Part shown: one piece after another, positions 20,808 to 30,850 of the stretch
Numbering within the stretch: position 1 is the first letter of the stretch
How the letters are laid out: each line of letters starts with the position of its first letter
NCBI GenBank assembly: GCA_043813525.1
Contig: JBDRKY010000046.1
Location: forward strand, 13,053-77,052
Length of the DNA stretch: 64,000 nucleotides
From: Candidatus Woesearchaeota archaeon
Lineage (GTDB): Archaea; Nanobdellota; Nanobdellia; Woesearchaeales; DSVV01
Reading direction: 5' to 3'
Program-made: the position numbers and the translations under genes
Notes under the pieces: model-generated
Databases searched by the model: none
What the model was told of the DNA's origin: nothing
Seen by the model: the letters and a program-made list of their open reading frames with translations, nothing else

Positions 20808-21317
20808 TTATCTAAGCATCAAACCTAATACCAATCCTAAAATAAGCCCTGCTAATATCCCCCATGTGATATAATGAATCTTATTTGTTATCTCTTTTGT
20901 CAGCTTCAAGCCATAAATATTCCTGACTTCATCTATATCATCAACCTCTGTTGTTTCTGATGTTTGCTCTTCTTCATTTTTAAGGTCTGTCAACAGATTT
21001 TCAAAGCTTTTGAAATCAGCTGGTTTTTGAACTATTGACTGCAGTTCTAAAATTCTGTTCTTGATTAGCTGTCCCATTTGTTCTTTATCATAACTATAAC
21101 TTAGTTCTTCTGCTAAATCCTTATCTTCAAGGACATCATTTATCCAGTTCGCAAAGTCATTCCTGTCAGGAGTTACATGATGCAAAAAAGTCTTAACATT
21201 CATATCTTTCAATTCATCCAACAGATGCTTAAGATTCTTTAATTCTCCACCAGACAATAGTTTGAAACTGACATCAGGATGAACATCACTAAGTATTTTT
21301 TTAGCTTTCTCAACCAT
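20808..21317 (-). CDS. hypothetical protein, paralog family with NDFANWIN motif; C-terminal TM helix
   Basis: 169 aa. It shares HHVTPDRNDFANWINDVLEDKDLAEEL with the adjacent ORF 21403-21915 (YHVNESKNDFANWINHCLGEKELADEL). Confidence 0.5.
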   Translation of the reverse strand: MVEKAKKILSDVHPDVSFKLLSGGELKNLKHLLDELKDMNVKTFLHHVTPDRNDFANWINDVLEDKDLAEELSYSYDKEQMGQLIKNRILELQSIVQKPADFKSFENLLTDLKNEEEQTSETTEVDDIDEVRNIYGLKLTKEITNKIHYITWGILAGLILGLVLGLMLR

Positions 21318-21402
21318 TTACTCTCTAAACCCCATTGGTATTCCCACTTTTTTTGTTGAAATTCTATCAGGAAACTAATTATTTAAGTTATAAAAATATT
21401 TA

Positions 21403-21915
21403 CTATTTTTTAAGTTCACTTGCAATATGCCTTAATATCAGCAGTTCATTGCTTGTCTTAGTATTATATTTTAATAGCTCATCTGCAAGCTCTTTCTCAC
21501 CTAAACAATGATTTATCCAGTTTGCAAAATCATTCTTGCTCTCATTAACATGATAAGTGAAAGTTTCATCTTTCATATTTCTCATAGCCATCACAAGCTC
21601 ATGAAGACTGCACAATTCAGTACCGTCAGATACATAAAACTTATGCTCATCTTTTACTTTCTGATGGAATTTATGACCTAACCTGTTATCTTTTGTACCC
21701 CCTCTAAAATCAAGCAATTTCAGAGCTTTAGGATTAAGCCTGCCAGCAAGCTTCATAATTTCACTGTTTTTTAGACTGCTGTCAAGCCTATAACCTTTTT
21801 TTGACTTAGATTTATCAGAACTTTTACTTTTTGCTGTTAATTTTAATGATTTTGCTTTAAAACTTACTTTAGGTTTCCCTTTTTTTGAATTAGACAATAC
21901 AAATGTCTCTCCCAT
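21403..21915 (-). CDS. hypothetical protein, paralog of 20808-21317 (shared NDFANWIN domain)
   Basis: 170 aa with a Lys/Ser-rich N-terminus. It shares a conserved block with the upstream neighbour. Confidence 0.5.
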   Translation of the reverse strand: MGETFVLSNSKKGKPKVSFKAKSLKLTAKSKSSDKSKSKKGYRLDSSLKNSEIMKLAGRLNPKALKLLDFRGGTKDNRLGHKFHQKVKDEHKFYVSDGTELCSLHELVMAMRNMKDETFTYHVNESKNDFANWINHCLGEKELADELLKYNTKTSNELLILRHIASELKK

Positions 21916-21999
21916 TGATGTTCACCTCTCTTTTTTTGAATAATTATATAATATACATTTATTAATATAAGAAGTATATAAATCTTATTATTTTTAGAG

Positions 22000-22225
22000 T
22001 CTGGGTTTAGGTTCGGGCTTTTAGATATTAATATTATAAATCCCAAAAAAACCAAATCCCAAATCCCAAAAAAACCAAATCCCAAATCCCAAAAAAACCA
22101 AATCCCAACAAAAATAAATCCCAAAAACAAAAAGAATATAGAGCGTAGCTCCTTTTTGGAGTTTGGGATTTGGAGTTTGGGATTTAAATTAATATCCCCT
22201 ACAGCCCGAACTTATACCCATATTG
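22000..22225. mobile_element. MITE-like element A (about 225 bp) with about 30-bp imperfect TIRs (CTGGGT(A/T)TA(A/G)GTTCGGGCT...) and internal (AATCCCAA)n / (CCAAAAAAACCAAATCCCAAAT)n microsatellite
   Basis: It is the reverse complement of the element at 44271-44507. Its own two ends are inverted repeats of each other. Confidence 0.65.
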
Positions 22226-22241
22226 TATTTTTATGTACTAT

Positions 22242-24644
22242 TTATCTTTCATAATACTTCTTTAGTATTTCATAGAACTCTTTGAAATTAGATATATCAT
22301 TTATTGTGAGCTCTGCAGTGCTGCTGCCTGTTGTGTTGAGAGTGATGTTTCCATTGCTGAACATCTTATTCAGCATGCCCTGTGAAAAATTGATATAATC
22401 AATCTTACTAAATACAATTGATTTTTGTTTCTTATAGACCATTCCATATCTCATATAAACCCTATATGGCTGAATGACATATCTCTTTACTTTTACATAC
22501 CATATTATCAATGGCAAAAATATGATGAATGGGAATATGATAATCACAGGAACAACTGAATTGATCATATCCTGCTTTGCTGTAAGGATTGGAGCTGGTG
22601 AATATTTATTGATGTTCTGTTCAATATCTCTAACTTTACTTGCAGAAGGTCTTGTATGGAATATCAGATCAATCAATTCATCTTTATTTTCAATATCATC
22701 AACATAATTGATATTAAAACCATTTGATATAATTCTCTTTTCTTTACCGCTTTGGATTACATGTTCTCCTGCAACATCAAACCTGATAGAGCCTCTGGAT
22801 GAAAATGGATATTTTGTCGTTGTGATATCTTTTATATTATCATAAGGCACATAATAAAACTCTTTGAAAAAGATTCCTCTTTGGAAATATACATATTCTT
22901 TGTGAAAAGTCATCTTTGATACTTCATAATAATAATATTTGTATATTGTTGATAAGATAAATAAAAATATTATACCTCCTGCAGATAATATCATCAATAT
23001 CATATATAATGGATTAAGGAATGCAGATATGATGAACAATGAAGGGATGATTATTATTAAAAACAATGTGAAAAAGAAATTTGCTTTCAGCATCTCACCA
23101 AAATTAAAATGGGAATCCATCTGATACAATATCTCGTTAGAATATGTTGAAAATTTATCTGTAACTCCATGAACCTTATCATTTTCTTTAATGCCAAGTT
23201 TTCCAAGGATATTCTTATACATATCTTTTATTTTCTTTATATTTGAGAAAGCTATATGTTCTGATGAGCCTATTGACCAGAAATTCACTGAACATGTATC
23301 AAACCATTTATCTATAAAATTCTCTTTGAATATGACAGCCATTATCTTATCATTAGTAAATTCTTTGTGCTTTGAATAGATGAAATTAAAATCTTCTGAC
23401 ATACTGTTCTTGTTTATCTTGTAAGTTGTAAAAGTAACTGTTATCAATGCAGTAACTAAAAGAATAAGCCATAATGGCAGCAGAATAAAGATTATTATGA
23501 AGAATGGTAAGGCCAGCAGTAATGGTATGAATGTCTTTCTGCTGTCCATCCTGAACTCTGCAGTAAAATCTGTATCTTTGCGAAGTTTTGCTCTATATTC
23601 TCCTGTTGTCTTTGCAGATGCTTTTTTTATAGTTTCAGCATGTAATTGATGTTCTTTTGCAACATGCCTTTTTCCTGTGCCTACTAAAGATTTAGTCTTT
23701 CCAATCAGCATATCAAGATTAGATTTTAATCTGTCTCCATTTCTCATATTCTTGAACTTGACTTCCTGTCCTGTACCTTGGCAGCTTATTTGTACATCAT
23801 ACAAACTGAATATTTTATCAACTAAAGTTTGAGTTGTTGTTGTATCTGACAGATTTTCCATTGGCATGATACTATAATTTTTAGTCAGAAATCCTTCTTT
23901 GTATGTTATTGTATCATTATAGATCCTATATCTTCTGTTTTTGAGGTCAAGGAAAGTGAATACAGGAAATGAGATAAGAAATATTATCACTGGAATACTA
24001 ATAACTAAAGCTATGATTATTGTATTAATATTTTTAATCTTATCTATCATATAAAAAAAGAACATGATAACAATAAATGCCGTGCTTATGAAATTTCGCA
24101 TAGCCTCAAAAAAAGCACCGATCAGACTAGGCTGTTCTTCCTGCACTAATTTTGATTTTGTCAGCTTAAATCCATTATGCTGCATTAATTTTTGGATGTA
24201 ATCATATGTTTTCCCATAAGAGCTGATAGATGACAGATAAACTTCAGCTGCGCTGCTTCCAGCAGACTGTATAGCAATATTTCCTGTGTTAAGTAGTTTG
24301 TTCTCGATAAAAGGCAGGACCATAGATACATTAGTAATATTTTTAACAATAAGCTCTGTTTCATTATCTGAAAATATACCACCTGATTTATGTATTATCT
24401 TGTTAGCTGTGAAAATATATCTCTCTTTATTGTATCTTACTGTGAGAGAATAATAAATGATTGCCTCAATCACCACGATAATTATAATGAAAAGTATGAG
24501 CCATACAAAAGTTCCTGTAAATATGCTTGCTATTATGCCCACTACACTAAAAAATAAGAATGTGATGATAAAGCTCTTGATGAAGCTATATGTAACAAAA
24601 GCAGTCCTATTTGGCTTTAGCTCATGTTGTGCTGGCTGCGGCAT
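22242..24644 (-). CDS. large membrane protein with repeated YdbT/bPH_2-like (membrane-flanked PH) domains
   Basis: 800 aa. Recurrent pairs of TM helices are followed by about 80-aa soluble modules (e.g. YYSLTVRYNKERYIFTANKIIHKSGGIFSDNETELIVKNITNVS). Confidence 0.55.
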   Translation of the reverse strand: MPQPAQHELKPNRTAFVTYSFIKSFIITFLFFSVVGIIASIFTGTFVWLILFIIIIVVIEAIIYYSLTVRYNKERYIFTANKIIHKSGGIFSDNETELIVKNITNVSMVLPFIENKLLNTGNIAIQSAGSSAAEVYLSSISSYGKTYDYIQKLMQHNGFKLTKSKLVQEEQPSLIGAFFEAMRNFISTAFIVIMFFFYMIDKIKNINTIIIALVISIPVIIFLISFPVFTFLDLKNRRYRIYNDTITYKEGFLTKNYSIMPMENLSDTTTTQTLVDKIFSLYDVQISCQGTGQEVKFKNMRNGDRLKSNLDMLIGKTKSLVGTGKRHVAKEHQLHAETIKKASAKTTGEYRAKLRKDTDFTAEFRMDSRKTFIPLLLALPFFIIIFILLPLWLILLVTALITVTFTTYKINKNSMSEDFNFIYSKHKEFTNDKIMAVIFKENFIDKWFDTCSVNFWSIGSSEHIAFSNIKKIKDMYKNILGKLGIKENDKVHGVTDKFSTYSNEILYQMDSHFNFGEMLKANFFFTLFLIIIIPSLFIISAFLNPLYMILMILSAGGIIFLFILSTIYKYYYYEVSKMTFHKEYVYFQRGIFFKEFYYVPYDNIKDITTTKYPFSSRGSIRFDVAGEHVIQSGKEKRIISNGFNINYVDDIENKDELIDLIFHTRPSASKVRDIEQNINKYSPAPILTAKQDMINSVVPVIIIFPFIIFLPLIIWYVKVKRYVIQPYRVYMRYGMVYKKQKSIVFSKIDYINFSQGMLNKMFSNGNITLNTTGSSTAELTINDISNFKEFYEILKKYYER

Positions 24645-24679
24645 AGTATTGTATAAAATATGATTAGGTTTATATATTT

Positions 24680-25861
24680 TTACTTAAGCTCAACCAGTGT
24701 TCTTATATTATCACTAAGATCAGCAAGATGAGAATCAACTTTTGGATTGCCTGTTGTAAGATAATTATATTCTCTTTTTAGTGTTTGGATAATCTCGTTG
24801 TTTGGCTTGTAATTGCTTCTTTTGCCTGTTGATGCTTGATGCACATACCATATCGGTTCAAATCCGCACCATGTTCCTGAGAATGCAGCAGCATCTGCAT
24901 TTAAGAAATCATAAAGAGATATTTCTCCTTCTCTTACATTAATGCCCATCTCCCTTGCAATTTCAATAACAAGAGCTCTTTTTGTTCCTGGCAGGATTGA
25001 CATATCTAATGAAGGTGTCCACAGCTGATTATCAAACACAGCAAACGCATTTTCACCCCCGCCTTCTAAAACATATCCGTTTGGGTCCAAAAGAAGAGCT
25101 TCGTCATAACCTAATGCTAATGCTGTGTTTTTAGCAACTCCACCTAATCCATAATTAGCTCCGCTTTTTATTTTTCTCATAACAGTTTGAATACCATTTT
25201 GGTAATTTTGTCCAGGAGGGAGCAATAGTGTTTCAAATACCAGCACTCTTGCACCTTGTTCAGGAGCTGAGCTTAAATATGATGGAACATTCTGCGCCAT
25301 GATCTCAAGAACAGCCTGATGCCCTATTGATGCAACTCCTAACCCAGAAACAAAAACAGGTCCATCATCTCCATCTACAATTTTCTCATCTCTATATACA
25401 TTTGGCCTGACATAAACTAATTCTCTTGGGTTGATATAACTCGTTTCCGCAGATATTGGGTTTATATTCTCTCTGATTGTCTGAAAAATTGCTTCCTTAA
25501 CTTCATCATGAGTAATGTTTAGATAAACCTGTGCTTCTTCTGGTATTGGTCTTGTTAGATCCCTATCTGGAAATGATCTTTCTAACATTTCTTCAATGCC
25601 TGTTAAATGTATTGGCTTAGTAATCATTAATGCTTCCATTGTTTTAAATAATCTATTAACATGTTTATCCAAAAAAAGAATGTACAGATTACCATCAACA
25701 CCTGGCACTCCAAGTATACCTTCAAAACCAGAAGTAGCATAATGCATCACATGCTTTGCAGGTGTATTTGTTATTTTTGAATATTCTCTTGCATTAATCA
25801 ATCCTTTTCTGCCTAATGTATCAAACCTGAATAATTTTGATTGTAATATATCTTTTGCCAT
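24680..25861 (-). CDS. class IV (branched-chain/D-amino-acid type) aminotransferase-like protein
   Basis: 393 aa with ATSGFEGI and HVNRLFKT motifs resembling BCAT/DAAT fold IV. The gene is GC-shifted. Confidence 0.55.
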   Translation of the reverse strand: MAKDILQSKLFRFDTLGRKGLINAREYSKITNTPAKHVMHYATSGFEGILGVPGVDGNLYILFLDKHVNRLFKTMEALMITKPIHLTGIEEMLERSFPDRDLTRPIPEEAQVYLNITHDEVKEAIFQTIRENINPISAETSYINPRELVYVRPNVYRDEKIVDGDDGPVFVSGLGVASIGHQAVLEIMAQNVPSYLSSAPEQGARVLVFETLLLPPGQNYQNGIQTVMRKIKSGANYGLGGVAKNTALALGYDEALLLDPNGYVLEGGGENAFAVFDNQLWTPSLDMSILPGTKRALVIEIAREMGINVREGEISLYDFLNADAAAFSGTWCGFEPIWYVHQASTGKRSNYKPNNEIIQTLKREYNYLTTGNPKVDSHLADLSDNIRTLVELK

Positions 25862-26038
25862 GTTTACACCTCATTAGTCATTAATTTCTTGTTTTATTAG
25901 TTTGGATTATATAACCTGTTTGATAATATTTCAGCTTATTTATTGTTGGATTTATGTTTGCTTAAAAAAGTTTATGGAATATGATTTTTTACTTTAAAAT
26001 AGAATAAATATAAAAATAAGGTATTTTTTCTAGTAATC

Positions 26039-26640
26039 ATGACTAAAAAAACAAGGAAAGGAGCAGTAGCAATAAGAAAGAGAAGGAAACAGAGAGCAGA
26101 TGCACACTCCAGAGAAAAGTTAGGAGTTCTTCATCAAAATATGTTTCTTTATTAAGTGTTTCATCTTTACCGAGCTCATCTTTATCACAAAGTGCAGGCA
26201 TATATGGTTTATCTGCATATAAATCAGCAGGAGATATATCACAAGCGCATGATTCGTTTACGTTTAGGTCAGAAGGATATTGTGCTCATGATCAAAAGAA
26301 AAAACCAAATGACCTGTATGATTTTGGTTCTATGATGCTTATTGTATTAGGATTTTATGTAGCTCTTGGAGTTGGTGCATGGTATTATATACCAAATTTA
26401 GTTCCAATAAAATTACCTGAAATCACTTCACCTGCACCAGCTAATCTGGAATCATTGCATCAAAATATGGAAGTGATTACAACAAAGCTTTAGGTGAGAT
26501 GATGAAAAGACAAGCTGAATCTTATCGAAGAATGTTTAGATCTTTTCCAGAACCTACTTGGTCTTCAGATCTTGAAAATGATATTGATGAACTGTTCAGG
26601 TCTGCTGATAATCCACAAAGAATGAACAGAAGAGTTTTAG
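26039..26640 (+). pseudogene. probable degraded gene (series of short frame-shifted ORFs)
   Basis: About 880 bp with no ORF of 60 aa or more. MTKKTRKGAVAIRKRRKQ... stops after 38 codons. A membrane-protein-like reading (…MMLIVLGFYVALGVGAWYYIPN…) continues in another frame, and a third fragment MMKRQAESYRRMF... follows. Confidence 0.3.
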
Positions 26641-26997
26641 AAACTTCATCTTTATGATTTAGTTCCTGATACTGTATCTGTACTTTTTAAAATTGGTTGT
26701 TTTGAATAAGCATATAAATTAGCAAAATTATATGATTATGAAGTGCCAGATGCATTATATACTGTCGCGGAAAATACTCTGATTGAAAAACTTTATGGAA
26801 TTGTACCTAAAACTGAGGTTGAACCAAATGTTTTGTCAATTCTTCTTAATATATCCTGTGTTAGGCATTATGCAAAACATTGGATGCATGTTGAACATAT
26901 TCCTGAAAGTGATGTTCCTGAAGGATATAATGGTAAATTTGTTTTAGTGAGTTATAATATTTAACAGGTATTCTTTTTGTAAATTTTATTTATTATA

Positions 26998-28350
26998 TTA
27001 TTGATTCTCATTCTCAACTTTTATCCTATATCTTAAATCATTAATAATATTCATAAATGCGATAAAGCAGTCATAAGGGCTTTCATAGGGGTTGAAATAT
27101 TTGTGGACGTCTCCGTCAGAAAACCATTTTGTGCACATATAATAAAAATGATCACTTGTTTGCAATCTTCTCCAGTCATTGATTAGTTTTTCTGCTGCTT
27201 TTTTTTTGCTGTTATCTTTATCACTGATATTGTTTGATATTCTTATCATATCTGGCTCCATATCATGCAGATTATTGAATGCTGCTTCCTGCATATGATT
27301 GCCAAGCCATGCTGATAAATCACGTTCAACATCTGCCCATGAAACAAAATTATGCATGTCTATCTCTCCCTTTGATTTATATTTTCTGATAGCTTCTGAT
27401 GGTGTTACAAAATCATTGCTTTGGTGTTTAGATTCTACAAGATGATTTTGAGGTTTAGAATGCTGGTCAGAATCTCCTTGATTTTTGGAGCTGTTAAGCA
27501 GTTCTTCAGGCAGTTTTTCCATGAATTTGAATATTCCTGTATCTTCCCATTGATGCTCTCCAAATGTCTCATAATCCATAAATAAATTTAATACTTCACC
27601 ATTGCCATGGATCTTGTTTATCCAACCAGCAAACTTTTCAGCTGTTAAAGGCCATTCATCCCATCCTTTGTTTGAAAACCTGAATGCAATATCATCACTA
27701 AGCTTATAATTCTTCAGAAGAAGCTTTATTTTCTTATGCTGTGGCTTTTCAGAAGTTGTTTTTGCATTGTAAACAAAATTAGGGCTTCTCCAATCAAGAA
27801 TATGATCTGCACCCTCTGTAATGATTCCTTTGAAACCTTTTTCTTCCATAAAACTAGCTAATTCATTATTAAAAATAAGTTCAGTATTCCTAAAAACTTT
27901 TGATCTTGCATTCTCTGCGCCAAACAATTCTTTAATCTTTCTTTTGTGCAAATTTACCTGATGCATGAATTCTTTTTTTGATTTTAGAAATGAAAGCGAA
28001 TGATGGAATGTCTCATTCAGAAATTCAATATTTCCTGTATCTGCCAGATGCTGGAAAGATTCAATAACTTTAGGGGTGTATTCTTCAAACTGCTCTAATG
28101 CTGTTCCGGATATTGAATATGATATCTTGAATTGTTTGTTGTTATTGATGTGTTTTTCTTTACTGAACCTATCAATTAATCTGAGCATTAATTTGTTTGC
28201 AGGGATATAACATTTTCCAGCAACTTTCTCACAGATCTCTTTATTCTTTTTGTGATCAAAATAATCATGATTTTTACCAATATCAAATACTTTATAGTTT
28301 TTTAATCTATAAGGTTGGTGAACTTGGAAATAAAAGCATGTGGATACCAT
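26998..28350 (-). CDS. glycoside hydrolase family 57 protein (alpha-amylase/alpha-glucan processing type)
   Basis: 450 aa. The N-terminal YFQVHQPYRL matches the GH57 signature. It neighbours a glycogen-synthase-like GT. Confidence 0.7.
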   Translation of the reverse strand: MVSTCFYFQVHQPYRLKNYKVFDIGKNHDYFDHKKNKEICEKVAGKCYIPANKLMLRLIDRFSKEKHINNNKQFKISYSISGTALEQFEEYTPKVIESFQHLADTGNIEFLNETFHHSLSFLKSKKEFMHQVNLHKRKIKELFGAENARSKVFRNTELIFNNELASFMEEKGFKGIITEGADHILDWRSPNFVYNAKTTSEKPQHKKIKLLLKNYKLSDDIAFRFSNKGWDEWPLTAEKFAGWINKIHGNGEVLNLFMDYETFGEHQWEDTGIFKFMEKLPEELLNSSKNQGDSDQHSKPQNHLVESKHQSNDFVTPSEAIRKYKSKGEIDMHNFVSWADVERDLSAWLGNHMQEAAFNNLHDMEPDMIRISNNISDKDNSKKKAAEKLINDWRRLQTSDHFYYMCTKWFSDGDVHKYFNPYESPYDCFIAFMNIINDLRYRIKVENENQ

Positions 28351-28450
28351 TTTATTTAATTGGTTAGGGCAGATGAATTAATTGCCATTTGCACTTTAAT
28401 GCTGTACAGCTTTAAAGTTTTAAAGGCAAATAAAACCTGTAGTTTAACCA

Positions 28451-29722
28451 CTAAGCCCCAGCCCCTAAACCCTTTTTTAAAACATTATTATATACATCAA
28501 TACATTTTTTTGCAGGATTGTTCCAGTCAAATTTCATCACTTCTTTTGCACCATTCTCTTGCAGGCATTTATGTGCTTCCTGATAATTTAAAACACCGAT
28601 TATTTTATTTGCCATATCATCAATATCCCAAAAATCAACCTTTAACGCATGATCTAATATTTCACTGACACCAGATTGTTTTGATATCAACACTGGTGTA
28701 TTGTTTCTCATTGCTTCTAATGGTGTTATTCCAAAAGGCTCTGATATAGATGGCATCACATAAAGATCAGCCATAGAATATGCTCTGTCAATATCTTTTC
28801 CTCTCAAAAAACCAGTGAACAAAACTTTGTCTGCAATTCCCATCCTTGCAGCTTCTTCAATCATATAACCTTCCATATCTCCATTCCCAGCAACAACAAA
28901 TTTAACATTGTTTTTGTATCCTATATTTTTATATTCTAAAACTCTTTTTGCAGCTTTCAGAAACCAATCTGGACCTTTTTGTATAGTAATTCTTCCTAAG
29001 AAAAGAACAACATGATCTCCATCTTTTATCTTCTCAGCTGACTTATCGAATTTGTTGCCATTAAATTCAACTGCATTGTGCACAACTGTAATCTTTTCTG
29101 CTGGTATACCATAGTGTTCAACAATCTTGTTTTTTGTGAACTTAGAGACAGACATTATGTGATCTGCTGTATGCATGCCTTTTCTTTCGATATCATAGAT
29201 ATATTGGTTTGGATTGCCGCCTGTCCTGTCAAACTCAGTAGCATGGACATGAATAACAAAAGGTTTTCCTGAGGTCTGTTTTGCTTCAATGCCTGCCTGA
29301 TAAGTCATCCAGTCATGGCAATGAATTATGTCATGCTCTTCTTCATCTGCAATGACAGCTGCCTGTTTGGCATATCTATGGACTTCTTCGTAAAGGTTTT
29401 TACTGTAGATTGCATCTTTTGAACTTTTGTTGGCACGATAATGCTCTTGGTAGCTTTCATATCGTTCATTATATTTCTCAGAATCAATATATGGTATAAG
29501 CAAAGAATCAACTTTTTTAATTATTATATTCTTAATATTAGTGATGCGGTCTGCAACAATTAGTTTGACATGTGTTTTTTCTGGTTCTGTTTTTGCTTTT
29601 GGCATAACAAAAGTTACATCTATATTTTGATTAGAAAGACCTTTCGTAAGTCCGTGACAGGCTGTACCTAAACCTCCAGAACTATATGGCGGGAATTCCC
29701 AGCCAAACATAAGTACTTTCAT
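28451..29722 (-). CDS. glycosyltransferase family 4/5, archaeal glycogen synthase-like
   Basis: 423 aa. An N-terminal MFGWEFPPYSSGGLGT and a C-terminal PSISEPFGITPLEAM (EX7E-type motif). Confidence 0.7.
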   Translation of the reverse strand: MKVLMFGWEFPPYSSGGLGTACHGLTKGLSNQNIDVTFVMPKAKTEPEKTHVKLIVADRITNIKNIIIKKVDSLLIPYIDSEKYNERYESYQEHYRANKSSKDAIYSKNLYEEVHRYAKQAAVIADEEEHDIIHCHDWMTYQAGIEAKQTSGKPFVIHVHATEFDRTGGNPNQYIYDIERKGMHTADHIMSVSKFTKNKIVEHYGIPAEKITVVHNAVEFNGNKFDKSAEKIKDGDHVVLFLGRITIQKGPDWFLKAAKRVLEYKNIGYKNNVKFVVAGNGDMEGYMIEEAARMGIADKVLFTGFLRGKDIDRAYSMADLYVMPSISEPFGITPLEAMRNNTPVLISKQSGVSEILDHALKVDFWDIDDMANKIIGVLNYQEAHKCLQENGAKEVMKFDWNNPAKKCIDVYNNVLKKGLGAGA

Positions 29723-29981
29723 CTCTTTTTATACCTCTTTTTTAAATTTTAATTATTAGTATAACTATTAATACAGTATTTTCACTACTGGTGCTTTATA
29801 TATATTGTTATATTTATTAAAAATAAATGAAAACGACCAGATATATCTGTAAAAGGTAAGATATATATATGAGTTAATATAGATTATGACATATTCGTGT
29901 CATTAATGTGTGGGTGTTAATTGGCATTTGTTACATATTTATGTATTTAATACTATTTTTTTAGACTAAAAAGAGGATAAA

Positions 29982-30563
29982 GTGGGAACACGAGAATTAG
30001 ATGAGCAGGAAAAACTTATTGTAAGAGAATTAATCAAAGATCCAAGGATTAGTGATAATCAGATTTCTCAAAAGACAAATATCCCTTTGAAGAGTGTAAA
30101 CAGGAAAAGGAAAAAGATGGAATTTGAAGGCCTATTAAGTTATTATGCGCATCTGGATAATACTGAAAAAGGAACAGGCAGGTTTGGCGGAAGGCATCTT
30201 TATACAATCAAATTGAATCATGGCATCTCAAGAAAAAGTTTCTTGGATTTCCTAAAAAATAATTCTGCAAGAAATAATCATAAACTAAGGCATGTGCACT
30301 CTACTTTTTTGGGAACATCAGGTGGTAATTTAGTCCTTGTAAAACTGATTGAATCAAGGTTAAGCTCTGATATCATTGAGATTTTTAATTGCGATTTAGT
30401 TCCGGAAATAAAACAGCATTTTGGTGAAGATGCAATTGTAAGCGCAGATGTCATACAGATTGATGAAATATTCAGGATGTTCCATAATTATATGCCTGGA
30501 ATCAATATGACAGATGGCAAAATCTCAGAACACTGGAATGATGATATGGTTTTTGTTGATTAG
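29982..30563 (+). CDS. HTH-containing putative transcriptional regulator
   Basis: 193 aa. An N-terminal LIVRELIKDPRISDNQISQKTNIPLKSVNRKRKKM winged-helix-like region. Confidence 0.45.
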   Translation: MGTRELDEQEKLIVRELIKDPRISDNQISQKTNIPLKSVNRKRKKMEFEGLLSYYAHLDNTEKGTGRFGGRHLYTIKLNHGISRKSFLDFLKNNSARNNHKLRHVHSTFLGTSGGNLVLVKLIESRLSSDIIEIFNCDLVPEIKQHFGEDAIVSADVIQIDEIFRMFHNYMPGINMTDGKISEHWNDDMVFVD

Positions 30564-30850
30564 ATAATTTATTCTGTGATATATATAATGATTTTAGAGT
30601 TATGGGTTTCTAAATTACTAGTGTTTTGTGCGAAATTTTGAATAAAGATATTTTAAATAGTAAAAGCTCTCAACTTTCATTGCATTATGTTTTCTGTTTT
30701 AAGGCGCTTTGATTACACAGATAGGAAGTTCATATTGCATTCTTCACATAATTACATTTATAAAATTGAAGGTTATAACCTATGATTTTAGTAATAATTG
30801 ACTGTTATAATCGATACATTTAAATATAATCAAGTACTACATTATTAAAA

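Noticed and set aside
22030-22200. Possible CRISPR array suggested by the AATCCCAA tandem repeats (also 44300-44350)
   Set aside because: The unit is only 8 bp with no unique spacers, and it sits inside a MITE-like element present as two inverted copies. It is a microsatellite, not CRISPR, and no cas genes are present.
29723-29981. Possible regulatory or ncRNA feature in the 260-bp AT-rich spacer upstream of the HTH regulator
   Set aside because: It contains only generic AT-rich promoter-like sequence (TATA-like boxes are ubiquitous at this composition). No repeat, dyad or conserved structure could be supported.
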